From a virus, in IMG/VR virus record IMGVR_UViG_3300025030_000045: DNA of 64,000 nt, one strand, 5' to 3'. The notes below the pieces were generated by a model. That model had not been told where the DNA came from, searched no databases, and saw only the letters and a program-made list of their open reading frames with translations. Numbering within the stretch: the first letter of the stretch is position 1; the number at the start of each line of letters is the position of its first letter. Below are positions 10,248-19,594 of the stretch, one piece after another. The translations under genes and the position numbers were made by a program.

Positions 10248-10622
10248 ATGAAAATCACTTTGAAATTTGCTTGCGGTTGTACTGAATTTGTGGAATCGCA
10301 TATCGGTTCTGGTGAATTAGAAGTCAAACATATATGTGCAACCTGCGCTCTTCGTAACATGGAAAGAGAAATTCTTGCCAAAAGAATTTCTGCCTTTCTT
10401 GAAAAATATGGGAAGAGAGATCGTAGCGCCCCCGAATTTTGGAATTCTCCCGATGGTGCTGAAATGGAAATGGCAGCAGGCATTCTTGCCCGCGCTAAAA
10501 ATCCTTCACGAGTTCCTTGGTCTGATTGGGGTTCTGGCGGATATGGACCTTATACTTCAGTTGAAGGAAGAACCGAACACGCGGAACTGCTTCGTTTGAT
10601 AAAAGAAGTTATCTCTAAATAA
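10248..10622 (+). CDS. hypothetical early protein, putative Zn-binding
   Basis: GGAGG RBS; CGC and C..C pairs. Confidence 0.65.
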   Translation: MKITLKFACGCTEFVESHIGSGELEVKHICATCALRNMEREILAKRISAFLEKYGKRDRSAPEFWNSPDGAEMEMAAGILARAKNPSRVPWSDWGSGGYGPYTSVEGRTEHAELLRLIKEVISK

Positions 10623-10624
10623 GG

Positions 10625-10873
10625 ATGCTGATCATGGAAGCAACAAAGGCACAACTCGAAAGACTCAATAGAGATCTTAAGGTTATGGCAAAAGGAGAAG
10701 AGATTGCCGTTGAAGAGATCGGCGGCACGTTCTATGCCTTCGGTTCTGAACTCGCGACACTTCGTATCTTTGCAAAATATAACAGCGGCGGTTGTGTTTA
10801 CAATGATCGTATCCGGTGTGGATATAGCGAAAACCTCAAAAAATTCTTCGTCTCAATCGAGCCGGCATTCTAA
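10625..10873 (+). CDS. hypothetical early protein
   Basis: Co-oriented, tightly packed ORF. Confidence 0.6.
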   Translation: MLIMEATKAQLERLNRDLKVMAKGEEIAVEEIGGTFYAFGSELATLRIFAKYNSGGCVYNDRIRCGYSENLKKFFVSIEPAF

Positions 10874-10885
10874 GGAGAAATCATC

Positions 10886-11152
10886 ATGGCTGACACGACA
10901 AATGACAAACTCGACGGTGCTATGCGCAATTTAGAACGTGAATTGATTGAACAAGGTATTCCTGTTAATGTTGCCCTTAAATTCCAGGAATCGTGTCGGC
11001 GGATGCAAGAGGCCGTGGCTGCTGCACAAGCAGAGGCTGATTTGTTAATAAAGAATTTGGTGCAAGATGGGATGCCAAGAACAGAAGGCAATAACCTTCG
11101 GGGATATGCAAATCACGCCATAAAGAACTATTATCTTGACGGGCTTGGTTGA
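10886..11152 (+). CDS. hypothetical early protein
   Basis: AAGGAG RBS; helical sequence. Confidence 0.6.
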   Translation: MADTTNDKLDGAMRNLERELIEQGIPVNVALKFQESCRRMQEAVAAAQAEADLLIKNLVQDGMPRTEGNNLRGYANHAIKNYYLDGLG

Positions 11153-11195
11153 TTGATGATTCCACTAGACAAGCTAGAATGATCTAGAAAGACCG

Positions 11196-11230
11196 ACGGC
11201 CCAATTGGACATACAATCCAATTGGGCCGT
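11196..11230. terminator. 14-bp hairpin between convergent units
   Basis: acggcccaattgga-N7-tccaattgggccgt. Confidence 0.65.
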
Positions 11231-11263
11231 TTAGCGTCATGTTTAAAGGAAAGAATTTTTCTA

Positions 11264-11292
11264 TTGACATAATGACGAATTGCTGTTATAAT
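11264..11292 (+). promoter_or_regulatory. consensus sigma70 promoter pointing antisense into the PAAR-peptidase gene
   Basis: TTGACA-17-TATAAT with TG extension; only a 13-codon ORF follows. Confidence 0.65.
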
Positions 11293-11329
11293 AGAACCAT
11301 GTTCGCCGCGAGAAAACAATATAGAGGGT

Positions 11330-12355
11330 CTAAGCGGTAACACCACCCACCCCAGGAACATTCTTTAAACGAATAATTCCAGCAGCATATGTGTTAGCAA
11401 CCTTCGTTCGAGTCTTAAAGTTTGTTCTGTTGTTTGCTCCGTCTTTAAATGCAATATGAATCCAGGGTCTATTCCCACCCCACTCTAAAATGAGTTCGCA
11501 CCATTCGAAAGTATTCTTCATTTCAACACATCTCTGATAATACTGCTCATCTGATAAACCCGGCCACTGAAGATCAACTGCACATCCTTTATTATGCCAA
11601 GATGACCCAGCACCATGTCGGAAGCCGGAGTTGATTGTTGGTCGGCCATAAAGTATGATGAGCTTCTCGAGAACATTCTCGCTAAGATTCTTAAGGTTAC
11701 ATGCAATCTCATGGGTAGTCAAACCAACCTGATTCTTGAGAACATAGTTACTAACAGCACACCCGGTTGTTAAATGTTTAACCTTAAAATTTGTCGTTAA
11801 TGAATAATCACCAGTGATGACTTCAGGAAACATTCCACAACTTGAAGGAATAGTTTCTTCTATAGGTTCTCGTTCTTCAACATCTTCCTTTATCGGTGTA
11901 GAATCTACAAGTTGATTAGCAGCTATGTCGATGCCAGCACTTACAAAAATAATCTCCTGTGTCGGTGTTAACGGCTCTGAACTATCTTCGTTGATCGTTG
12001 CGGCAAATTCTCTCAAGGTTACGCCGGGTTGAACATTCGGTGCGACACCACCTTCTCCAGCAAAAACATTATCCGAGGATGACACAATAGTTCCGACAGG
12101 ACAGCCAACAACAGAATCACCGAGACGAGCGGTTGGTGAACCTTCAGTTATGACGATATTCGATCCCGTGACAATTGTTGTTGGATGACCACAATCACAA
12201 ATAGCAATGTCGCCAATTCTAGCGACAGACGAACTATTTGCATTAACCGTAGCAGCACCACTTATAATCGTCCCCATTGTAGGAATGCATGGAATTGGTG
12301 GGTGGCAACAACAGATGCAAGACACCATATCTCCGATTCTCGCAACACCCGGCAT
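11330..12355 (-). CDS. PAAR spike-tip protein (gp5.4-like) fused to peptidase M15 (LAS-family peptidoglycan peptidase)
   Basis: Three ARIGD/ARLGD PAAR repeats with Cys/His in the first ~100 aa; acidic linker; C-terminal INSGFR, S.H.KG.AVD, WIHI. Confidence 0.85.
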   Translation of the reverse strand: MPGVARIGDMVSCICCCHPPIPCIPTMGTIISGAATVNANSSSVARIGDIAICDCGHPTTIVTGSNIVITEGSPTARLGDSVVGCPVGTIVSSSDNVFAGEGGVAPNVQPGVTLREFAATINEDSSEPLTPTQEIIFVSAGIDIAANQLVDSTPIKEDVEEREPIEETIPSSCGMFPEVITGDYSLTTNFKVKHLTTGCAVSNYVLKNQVGLTTHEIACNLKNLSENVLEKLIILYGRPTINSGFRHGAGSSWHNKGCAVDLQWPGLSDEQYYQRCVEMKNTFEWCELILEWGGNRPWIHIAFKDGANNRTNFKTRTKVANTYAAGIIRLKNVPGVGGVTA

Positions 12356-13158
12356 TATGAATTTACTCCTTCGATTACTAACTCATAGAAGTCAAGAATG
12401 TCCTGCAACTTATATGTAGTGAGAATCATTTCTTTTTGTGTCATTGGATTTATTATCATCTTCGGTTGGGCGTATGTTTGAAACAGCATTCTATCTCTGA
12501 GAGCGGGGGCAATAGAATCACGAAATTCAACCCACATACCAGCATCAACCGTAGCCTTTGCTGGAATAGCAGCAATAGCAGTAGTGAAGACTATATTTTG
12601 ACTCATAGTACCCATGTCTGTTGGATAAGAATTACCCGTCCATATGCCATCTCCCCCCTCGCATGTATTCTTATCAAGGAATTCTGGAAGACTACAATAA
12701 CCAAATTCTTCAGAAATATCAACACTACCTTCTAACGTAAACATCGTTGTGAAATCTGGTAAATCATAACTCCATGCCGCATTTAGTCCTGTTAGATTCT
12801 GTGGGGTAAGCGATGAAAATATATCTGCAACTCTATCACCAACTGGGTCGGGAATTACGTCACCGTCAATGTTCGTGATGGCCAGCTGCATTCTCTTCAT
12901 AGATGCATAAGAGAAAAGTGGTAATAGAGTTCCTTTAATAGCACTATCATCAAAATCATTTATGTAAGTTTCGCAAGCAGTTTCAAACGAATCGAGCCAC
13001 TGATTCACGGTTGCTTTTAAGACGGTTGCATTAGAATATGCCGGACCAGGATTGTAGTTGTTATTCTCTATCCACAAAAGATTTTGTGAATTATCAATCG
13101 CCGTTTCCCAGTACTCTCTTGCTTCAGCAGACCAAGTTAAATAATCTTTTAGTTTCAT
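12355..13158 (-). CDS. hypothetical baseplate-region protein
   Basis: Between gp5 and PAAR; CS......TCE...G.W motif. Confidence 0.55.
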   Translation of the reverse strand: MKLKDYLTWSAEAREYWETAIDNSQNLLWIENNNYNPGPAYSNATVLKATVNQWLDSFETACETYINDFDDSAIKGTLLPLFSYASMKRMQLAITNIDGDVIPDPVGDRVADIFSSLTPQNLTGLNAAWSYDLPDFTTMFTLEGSVDISEEFGYCSLPEFLDKNTCEGGDGIWTGNSYPTDMGTMSQNIVFTTAIAAIPAKATVDAGMWVEFRDSIAPALRDRMLFQTYAQPKMIINPMTQKEMILTTYKLQDILDFYELVIEGVNS

Positions 13159-13170
13159 TTATTTCATCCT

Positions 13171-13686
13171 TTATGTATTAAGATTAATTACAGCTGCTGT
13201 AACATTTGCAGTGCCAGCGGCAGTGACATCGATATTTCCACCGGCCTCAAGCTTTACATTACCAGTGACGGTTACAATCAGACTGCCTTTAATAATTTCA
13301 TCATGATTTCCGTCAACTTCAAATTTCATGTCACCATGAACAAACTCTAAATGATCACCTTTTATTTCAATATTCCAATTTTTATTATGTAATGAAATAC
13401 GATCACCGGTTATCTTTTCGGTCATGTCATTTTTATCTATATTTATGTAAGTTCCGTTTGGGTGAAGTATAAAAATTCTTTCGTTTCCAGGAGTCTCGTC
13501 AAAGAATATTACATGACCGGCCTTAGTTTCCTTGATGACATGTACCTTACTATATTGCCCCCTTTCGGTTGTAAGCGCCTTCTCTGGAATTTTTCCACCA
13601 GCCGTATTCTTCGTGATTCTCGAATCGGGTGTATTGGCAGGAGCAGCCTTAGCAACGTACCCACCACTACCGTTTGGTACATTCAT
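13171..13686 (-). CDS. gp5: baseplate central spike, C-terminal beta-helix part
   Basis: Y....V..T.AGH....D.TPG.ERI...HP.GTY followed by V.G repeats; no lysozyme domain; no obvious RBS. Confidence 0.8.
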   Translation of the reverse strand: MNVPNGSGGYVAKAAPANTPDSRITKNTAGGKIPEKALTTERGQYSKVHVIKETKAGHVIFFDETPGNERIFILHPNGTYINIDKNDMTEKITGDRISLHNKNWNIEIKGDHLEFVHGDMKFEVDGNHDEIIKGSLIVTVTGNVKLEAGGNIDVTAAGTANVTAAVINLNT

Positions 13687-14063
13687 TTGTGCGTATGTTG
13701 AGACGAAGGCTTCACCCGGTTGAGAGTCTTGAGTGATCCCCTCACAACAGATGAACCAGCAAGATCATTCATTGATCTTATGACGCCAAACCAAATGATT
13801 ACCATAGGGTCTTCTGGGTCAGGAAACATACAGTAAACATATTCGCCTACATCAGGAACGCTGCCGCTTGATCCGCTATCAGAAGGAATTCGGTGTGACC
13901 ATACGCCATTGTCACTCGTGACGTTTGTCATACTATGAACACCAAGAACCCTAAGTAAAAGTCTTTCGGCACCTTTTGGGTCTTGATTATCAACAACCAA
14001 TGCAATCTTCATTCCGGTAAGTGTTACGTCTGATGCCTTTGGATCAAATTCTTGACTAAACAT
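13683..14063 (-). CDS. gp5: baseplate central spike, N-terminal OB-fold part
   Basis: VVDN.DP....R..LRV.G.H, P.VGEYVY..F, GVI. Confidence 0.8.
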   Translation of the reverse strand: MFSQEFDPKASDVTLTGMKIALVVDNQDPKGAERLLLRVLGVHSMTNVTSDNGVWSHRIPSDSGSSGSVPDVGEYVYCMFPDPEDPMVIIWFGVIRSMNDLAGSSVVRGSLKTLNRVKPSSQHTHK

Positions 14064-14066
14064 TAT

Positions 14067-15305
14067 TTACCACTCCATCAGGTCTGTGCGTTTCATTTGT
14101 TTATATCCGTCAGAACATAAGGTAATTGCCTGAGCATAATCGCCAAACATGAAGACATGTCTGATGTCCCTTATTAGATAATTCCCATCAAACTGCATAT
14201 CTTTTTTGGTTGGGTCAAGCTTATAGTCAACCGAAGGAAAGTTGAGTTTGACAATCTGACCGGCTCTCCTCAATGTTGAACCCGGTGCGCCGAGGTTAAT
14301 CTTGAATACATCAGAAAAAAGATGTGAGTATCTTGTTCTCAAATGACCAACGAGCAACTCTTCAAGTTCTTTTGAATGTCTCTTTTGGAATGCACTATTG
14401 ATTGATTTCCACATGAACTTCGTTGAAGAATATTTATCGCTCTCGAAGTCTTTTAACATTGGAAAGTAATTACCCAGATGTTCGTGCTTGTATTGTGTAA
14501 TGCTTTCATTTGTTGCGATGATCTTGTTGCTGTCGAAATCAAATCCTATGAGGTTTGTTTTTCCCATCCCTTGGTTGGCAAATCTTATCGTGTCAAAATT
14601 TGATTCTAAGGTTAGTTTATTTGTGTTACCCTCATAGACTTGGTTTACGGCATTGAAAGTAATTTCTGATGTGTTATATCCAAGGTCTCCTGCGAGAAGC
14701 TTATTAATCGTTGTGCATATAACTGTGTCAGAGATGATGTCGGTGAACAAAAGATATCCACCGTGACCTTGTGTATCCATCGCGAACTTCATAAGATGCC
14801 TTATAGAATGCATCGGAGTCCACAATGGAGTAACAAATCTTTCAAGCCGTTGTGATGTTGGTTCGACATAATTTGTCGCCCCGCACTCTTTGAGTAAATC
14901 ATCGATTATTTCACTAACACTCTTATTAATATAAGGCTTTGATAATTGGCGAGTAAATGCATCTATGTACCAAGATGAACAGAAATGGAGTTTTGTTGTT
15001 TTATATGTCTGATCACTATACACCTGATCGCCATAAGAACCAAAAACCTTCAAGATAATGTTAATCGGTTTCGTATCAGGAGAAGACCATGAAATTTCAA
15101 CATCATCTCCGGCAAAGATTTCCCCAAGTTCCTTTGCCCCCTGCCAGTCTTTGATCACAACACAACCGGTGATTCCGGGCATCACTATGCTCTCGAAAAT
15201 ATCAAGCTGAATTATAACACTTGGGTCAATATCGAAACCCCGAATTTTAAATGTATTGAGTGTAAAGTTTGAAGTTTGCTTTACATCAGGGACTTCTTCT
15301 ATCAT
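14067..15305 (-). CDS. baseplate hub protein (gp27-like)
   Basis: IFESI..P.ITG, FVTP.W.P, G.....AGQ.V....P, G.YLI..IRH; immediately upstream of gp5. Confidence 0.7.
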   Translation of the reverse strand: MIEEVPDVKQTSNFTLNTFKIRGFDIDPSVIIQLDIFESIVMPGITGCVVIKDWQGAKELGEIFAGDDVEISWSSPDTKPINIILKVFGSYGDQVYSDQTYKTTKLHFCSSWYIDAFTRQLSKPYINKSVSEIIDDLLKECGATNYVEPTSQRLERFVTPLWTPMHSIRHLMKFAMDTQGHGGYLLFTDIISDTVICTTINKLLAGDLGYNTSEITFNAVNQVYEGNTNKLTLESNFDTIRFANQGMGKTNLIGFDFDSNKIIATNESITQYKHEHLGNYFPMLKDFESDKYSSTKFMWKSINSAFQKRHSKELEELLVGHLRTRYSHLFSDVFKINLGAPGSTLRRAGQIVKLNFPSVDYKLDPTKKDMQFDGNYLIRDIRHVFMFGDYAQAITLCSDGYKQMKRTDLMEW

Positions 15306-15308
15306 TTA

Positions 15309-15839
15309 TTATTTCCTTTTCTCTTTAATAATTTCAGACCGAAACGCCCACACTATGTTTGATAACATTTCTTTTTTTGGAATAATGATGTTTCTTCTTT
15401 TCTCGTTTTCATCGAAGATAAGATTATAATAAACATCTTTTGGGAATCGACGTTCCGATGTAGATAAAGTGTCGGCGAGATTGATAATCTGTGATTCAGT
15501 TAGCGGCCAATCGAAAAAAGGATTTTTAATTTCGTTGAAGATATAAATGATCCACCAATAATCAACGGTGTCATAGAATTTATAAGAAACAGTCTCAACC
15601 CGTTCTCCATCGACGATATCATAATTATTAAATGTGCTGATGTCATTTTTGAAATTATTAATGATTTTGAATTGCTCAAAAAGATTCTTGACTTTAACGA
15701 TAACCGGTTGTGTGTTATCAAATTTAAGTTCATATTCGTCGGTAGAGAAATAAGACAATAATCTACTGAGATCAATTTCCATGTCGGAGAATTGTTCAAA
15801 GTAACTGAAGTTTTCATATCCTCTTGTTACGTTATTCAT
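15309..15839 (-). CDS. gp53: baseplate wedge subunit (LysM-like)
   Basis: Y.I.DGER.E.VSYK.Y....YWWII..FN.I.NP.FDWP, ENE.RR.I. Confidence 0.88.
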   Translation of the reverse strand: MNNVTRGYENFSYFEQFSDMEIDLSRLLSYFSTDEYELKFDNTQPVIVKVKNLFEQFKIINNFKNDISTFNNYDIVDGERVETVSYKFYDTVDYWWIIYIFNEIKNPFFDWPLTESQIINLADTLSTSERRFPKDVYYNLIFDENEKRRNIIIPKKEMLSNIVWAFRSEIIKEKRK

Positions 15840-15841
15840 GA

Positions 15842-16591
15842 TTATCTCCCCGGGCGAACCGACTTGAATGTTAGCGACATTGTTGCATGCACGGGAGTGC
15901 CATCATTATAATACAGCATGCTGTTGTCCCCGCCGCCATAGGTAACATCAAATGCAATTAACACCATGCCCTGATAACCAAATAGAATGTCTTCATTTTT
16001 ATCTTTCGTCGAGACATATTTTTTATCCTTCGATGTGATATGAATATCAAAAATCTCAGGATATTGAAGATGACTTACTCCGCCTATTGTTTCAAATGAT
16101 GGCGTTGAGTTTCTTTTGAAGTAGTTGATAATTTTCTTAACGGCCAAACCCTCCTCTTCAGAGTTCGGAACCAACTCATATGATAGGTTAAGGTCATAGT
16201 GAGTTCCACCTTTTAGAATCAACATTTCATTAGGATTGATGATTGTTCCTGTATTGGCGGCATAGATTGCTTGTACCTGTTTACCACCAGGAATCTTATC
16301 AGCCAAACCTTTTACAACGTCGGTCATAAAATTCAAACCGTTTTCAGACGAGAAAACTTTATCAGCCCCGCCACCAGCAAATCGAGGAATTCCCTCAGTA
16401 CCCCAATCACCACCGGCACTGTCTTTAATGCCAGCTGGTACATAGAGAGCACATGAAAAACCGGAGGACTTTCTCTGATAAGATGCGGTGTTAACATTCG
16501 CTTTTGGAAGTGAATATTTGTAGCCGACGAATTCTATGTGGGCATTATTTGAAATGCCCGGCGGGTATTCTAAAAGTTTTTCATCTGCCAT
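15842..16591 (-). CDS. gp48: baseplate tail-tube cap
   Basis: LEYP, ALY.P, IINP..E, L.P....E...V..II..FK, L.YP..F.I, V.Y......DG.P.....L.F. Confidence 0.75.
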   Translation of the reverse strand: MADEKLLEYPPGISNNAHIEFVGYKYSLPKANVNTASYQRKSSGFSCALYVPAGIKDSAGGDWGTEGIPRFAGGGADKVFSSENGLNFMTDVVKGLADKIPGGKQVQAIYAANTGTIINPNEMLILKGGTHYDLNLSYELVPNSEEEGLAVKKIINYFKRNSTPSFETIGGVSHLQYPEIFDIHITSKDKKYVSTKDKNEDILFGYQGMVLIAFDVTYGGGDNSMLYYNDGTPVHATMSLTFKSVRPGR

Positions 16592-16606
16592 AACAAACCT
16601 CAAAAT

Positions 16607-18703
16607 TTAATAAAAGTCAAATAACCGATGGGCAAAAATTTCTTTATCACCCGTTGTAATAACGCTACCACCATTACTAACACTTCCACTGCTAGGTGTT
16701 TGTTGATTTGATTGTGGTGCTGGTACATTGACTACGATTTTATCTTCAGCTCTTCGTGATTCTTCTAATGATCTATCAATTTTCCCAAGATTACTTGATT
16801 GTGATGAATCATACGCTTTTTTTGTTGATTGAATAACATCAGTTCTTGATTTTGGTTGCTGTTTTGATTCTGATTCTGATTCTAATTCAAGATCACGTGC
16901 TGGATTAATTGAATTCTGCTTGATGTTCATATTGCTACTAGGAACAACATTACCCTCGACACTTTTATTTAATGGAGCACCCGCGACTGTATACTTATCA
17001 AGTTTCTTCTCGAGCGCATTGACAATTAACTGTGTTCTTTCTTGTGCCTTTCCTTCTTCATCATTCGTCCACACACCGGCTGCATCTTTTTGTTTTTTCT
17101 GAAATTCCTTTGCCTCGGCGAGAGCAGCTTCTGTACTCTTAACATCAACTGCGGAATCCAAGAGTCGCTTTTGTGTTGCCATCTCGTCTTTTCCACCGAC
17201 GGCAATATCATCGCTATCGGAGTGAGTCTTGTCATATACCCAACTGCCCAGTCCACCCTTTTGGCCAAAGAACTCATCGATTTTGTTATTAAGAAAATCG
17301 CCGACCTGGAAAGCAAGATAACCAACAAGAGCAACCGCAAGAGCAGGACCAAGAGCAGCCGCCGCGGTCGTCAAACCACCAATGACCGCGGGTACAATTC
17401 TAGCAAGGAAATTACCGGCAAACTCTCCGATGATTTCGTTCATCATCGCATTGTTTTCTTCAACCGCAACTTCACTAGAAGGTAATATCGGTGTACCTGT
17501 TATTAGACCGCTCTGATCATCCGGTCTTTCTAAGGATGCGTCGTGCGCTCTGTCCTGTTCCCATACCAATCTCTGTTGGTCGGTTATTTTCATTTCTTCA
17601 AGAATCGTTCTTATATTAACAAGAGTCTTATTTCGTTCTTCATCATTTTGGAGCTGGAGCTCTGCAGCAGTTTCAAACAGTGCGTCTTCTTTGATGTTGA
17701 CTGGTATTGCATTACCACCAATCCCTTCCATGGATAGACCACCGATTTGACCACTTGTTAATGCAACCGACATACTTCTAGTATGATCGGCAATCTGACT
17801 TAAACTTACTTCGGATGAATCTAGCCCATTTGATGTACCGCCATTTGTCGAATTGCTGTTGTTATTCCGTGGACCTGCCACGGGTGACCCTGGCATCCCA
17901 GCACCATCATCAAGCACATCATCGTGAAGCATACCAACAGTCTTCTCGAGATGTGCAGCAGCAATAGCGGCATTCTTTTCTTCTACCGCATTACCAGCTC
18001 CGTCGGCCATTGATTTCTCTGCATCATATACTCGGCGGCCACGTTTTGAAATGCCCATCGCCCCCATATTGAATAATGGGTTCTCGGTTGCAAGTCCGCC
18101 GACGTGTAATGCGCCAACCGCCCCTGCCCGTCCGATACCGGCCAAGCCTTTCATGGAGAGAATCTTATCGTTCTCTAGAAGACCGAGCATCTGCTTTAAA
18201 CCAACTTTGCTTGAATCTAAAAGCGATCCGCCAATTCCTTTGCCTTCTTCCCGCGCATTTCTAAAGCGTTTTCCCGCTTCATATCCGGTGCGAGTAAAGG
18301 CCTTTGCTTCATAATATGATTCTGGCTTTGCTTGTGATACTTTGTTAGACTTGTTTGCTAGGTCTAATCCTTTTAAAAGTACAGCAACATCATCTTCTGT
18401 TAATTTTGATTTGTGTTTGTTGATTTCTATTTCAGCATTAGCGAGAATTGCTTTGTTTACTTGGGTATTGTCTTTGTTTGAGTCAGATAGAACCTTAAGG
18501 ATATCATCAAGTAATGTCTGTGTGACCTTATCACTTGAGGCACCCTTTTTGAGAGCGCTCTTAATCATTTCATTTGATTTATCTTCAATACCTTTTTTAA
18601 CCTGGGACTTTCCCTTAAGACTATATAAGGAAGACACCTCGTCTTTGGCCAAACCAATAGCATCAAGTTTATTTAGAATTGAATTAAGTTTTGTGTTATT
18701 CAT
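16607..18703 (-). CDS. probable tape measure protein (gp29-like)
   Basis: 698 aa, Ala/Gly-rich and helical with a hydrophobic segment; between gp26/gp51 and gp48. Confidence 0.65.
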   Translation of the reverse strand: MNNTKLNSILNKLDAIGLAKDEVSSLYSLKGKSQVKKGIEDKSNEMIKSALKKGASSDKVTQTLLDDILKVLSDSNKDNTQVNKAILANAEIEINKHKSKLTEDDVAVLLKGLDLANKSNKVSQAKPESYYEAKAFTRTGYEAGKRFRNAREEGKGIGGSLLDSSKVGLKQMLGLLENDKILSMKGLAGIGRAGAVGALHVGGLATENPLFNMGAMGISKRGRRVYDAEKSMADGAGNAVEEKNAAIAAAHLEKTVGMLHDDVLDDGAGMPGSPVAGPRNNNSNSTNGGTSNGLDSSEVSLSQIADHTRSMSVALTSGQIGGLSMEGIGGNAIPVNIKEDALFETAAELQLQNDEERNKTLVNIRTILEEMKITDQQRLVWEQDRAHDASLERPDDQSGLITGTPILPSSEVAVEENNAMMNEIIGEFAGNFLARIVPAVIGGLTTAAAALGPALAVALVGYLAFQVGDFLNNKIDEFFGQKGGLGSWVYDKTHSDSDDIAVGGKDEMATQKRLLDSAVDVKSTEAALAEAKEFQKKQKDAAGVWTNDEEGKAQERTQLIVNALEKKLDKYTVAGAPLNKSVEGNVVPSSNMNIKQNSINPARDLELESESESKQQPKSRTDVIQSTKKAYDSSQSSNLGKIDRSLEESRRAEDKIVVNVPAPQSNQQTPSSGSVSNGGSVITTGDKEIFAHRLFDFY

Positions 18704-18704
18704 A

Positions 18705-18857
18705 TCACTTTAACCCGCGCTCAGTTTTAATTTGACGAATCGTCATATAGTAAAAAATCTCTAACTCAAACGGTGCCATTTCTTCAATTTCAAACGTTGA
18801 GAACTGTCCGTATCTCTTCATAAAGAATATAGTGTTAAAAAGGGCCTCTACCCCCAT
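18705..18857 (-). CDS. gp51-like hub assembly/tail chaperone C-part (absent from ORF track)
   Basis: MGVEALFNTIFFMKRYGQFSTFEIEEMAPFELEIFYYMTIRQIKTERGLK*; the S..EIE.M.PFE.EI motif fits gp51-like proteins; frame is open back to the slippery site. Confidence 0.75.
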   Translation of the reverse strand: MGVEALFNTIFFMKRYGQFSTFEIEEMAPFELEIFYYMTIRQIKTERGLK

Positions 18858-18865
18858 ATCCAACA

Positions 18866-19579
18866 CTAGAATACGAAAAAATCGTATATGTCCTCGATGT
18901 AAATTTTTGTTGTCTTTTTACAAACAGCGCATGCCGATTCGCCCTGAATTGCGACGGAAGAAATGCTGGTAAATAGTTTCACATACAGTTCTCTGAATGT
19001 GTCTGTGTCAAGATCATCGAAAAATTCAATAGCCTCCGCCTCAGTGAATGATGTATATAATTCACCTTTATGTTTTACCGAATGAATTGAGGAAATTAGA
19101 AAGAAGAAATTAAACTTGGCAGTTGATTCCTGCGCATACTTCTCAACTAATTTGGTTTTTTCGGTAAGCGGCACTTCTTTAAACGTGAAAACAAATTCAC
19201 CAACGGTGTGTGGCCCTGGATTGAACTTCCTAACAATAACATCCTTAAGAAGATCAACTTCACCGGCATTACCACCCGTCTTACAATGTGGACAGGTGTA
19301 AGAATATTCGATTCTTTCTCCTTTTGATTTCTTTCTTAACTCAATTCCTAATAGGAGAATATCTGATTCTGATAGAGAATCGTATTTCTGTTTATCATCA
19401 ACACAATTTCGCATGAGTTGATTGATTTCCCTCTTCTTTTCTTCCTTGTCATTCACTGACTCTGTTTGGAAAAGGAGTTCTTTCTCTTCCCTAACCTTCC
19501 ACTTGCGAATTCCGATTTTCTTTCCGCATAGTAGGTCTGTCTGTGTAAATGATCCTTGTTCGATTTTCGGTAAACTCAT
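18866..19579 (-). CDS. gp26: baseplate hub assembly chaperone
   Basis: MSLPKI, R...VREEK.LL, D.....LR..S.GE, CPHC, C..C, ends DFFVF. Confidence 0.8.
   Translation of the reverse strand: MSLPKIEQGSFTQTDLLCGKKIGIRKWKVREEKELLFQTESVNDKEEKKREINQLMRNCVDDKQKYDSLSESDILLLGIELRKKSKGERIEYSYTCPHCKTGGNAGEVDLLKDVIVRKFNPGPHTVGEFVFTFKEVPLTEKTKLVEKYAQESTAKFNFFFLISSIHSVKHKGELYTSFTEAEAIEFFDDLDTDTFRELYVKLFTSISSVAIQGESACAVCKKTTKIYIEDIYDFFVF
18875..18881 (-). promoter_or_regulatory. putative -1 slippery site T-TTT-TTC
   Basis: GAT TTT TTC close to the gp26 stop; the -1 frame runs into the 18705..18857 ORF. Confidence 0.6.
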
Positions 19580-19594
19580 TTCTTGTTCCCTTCT

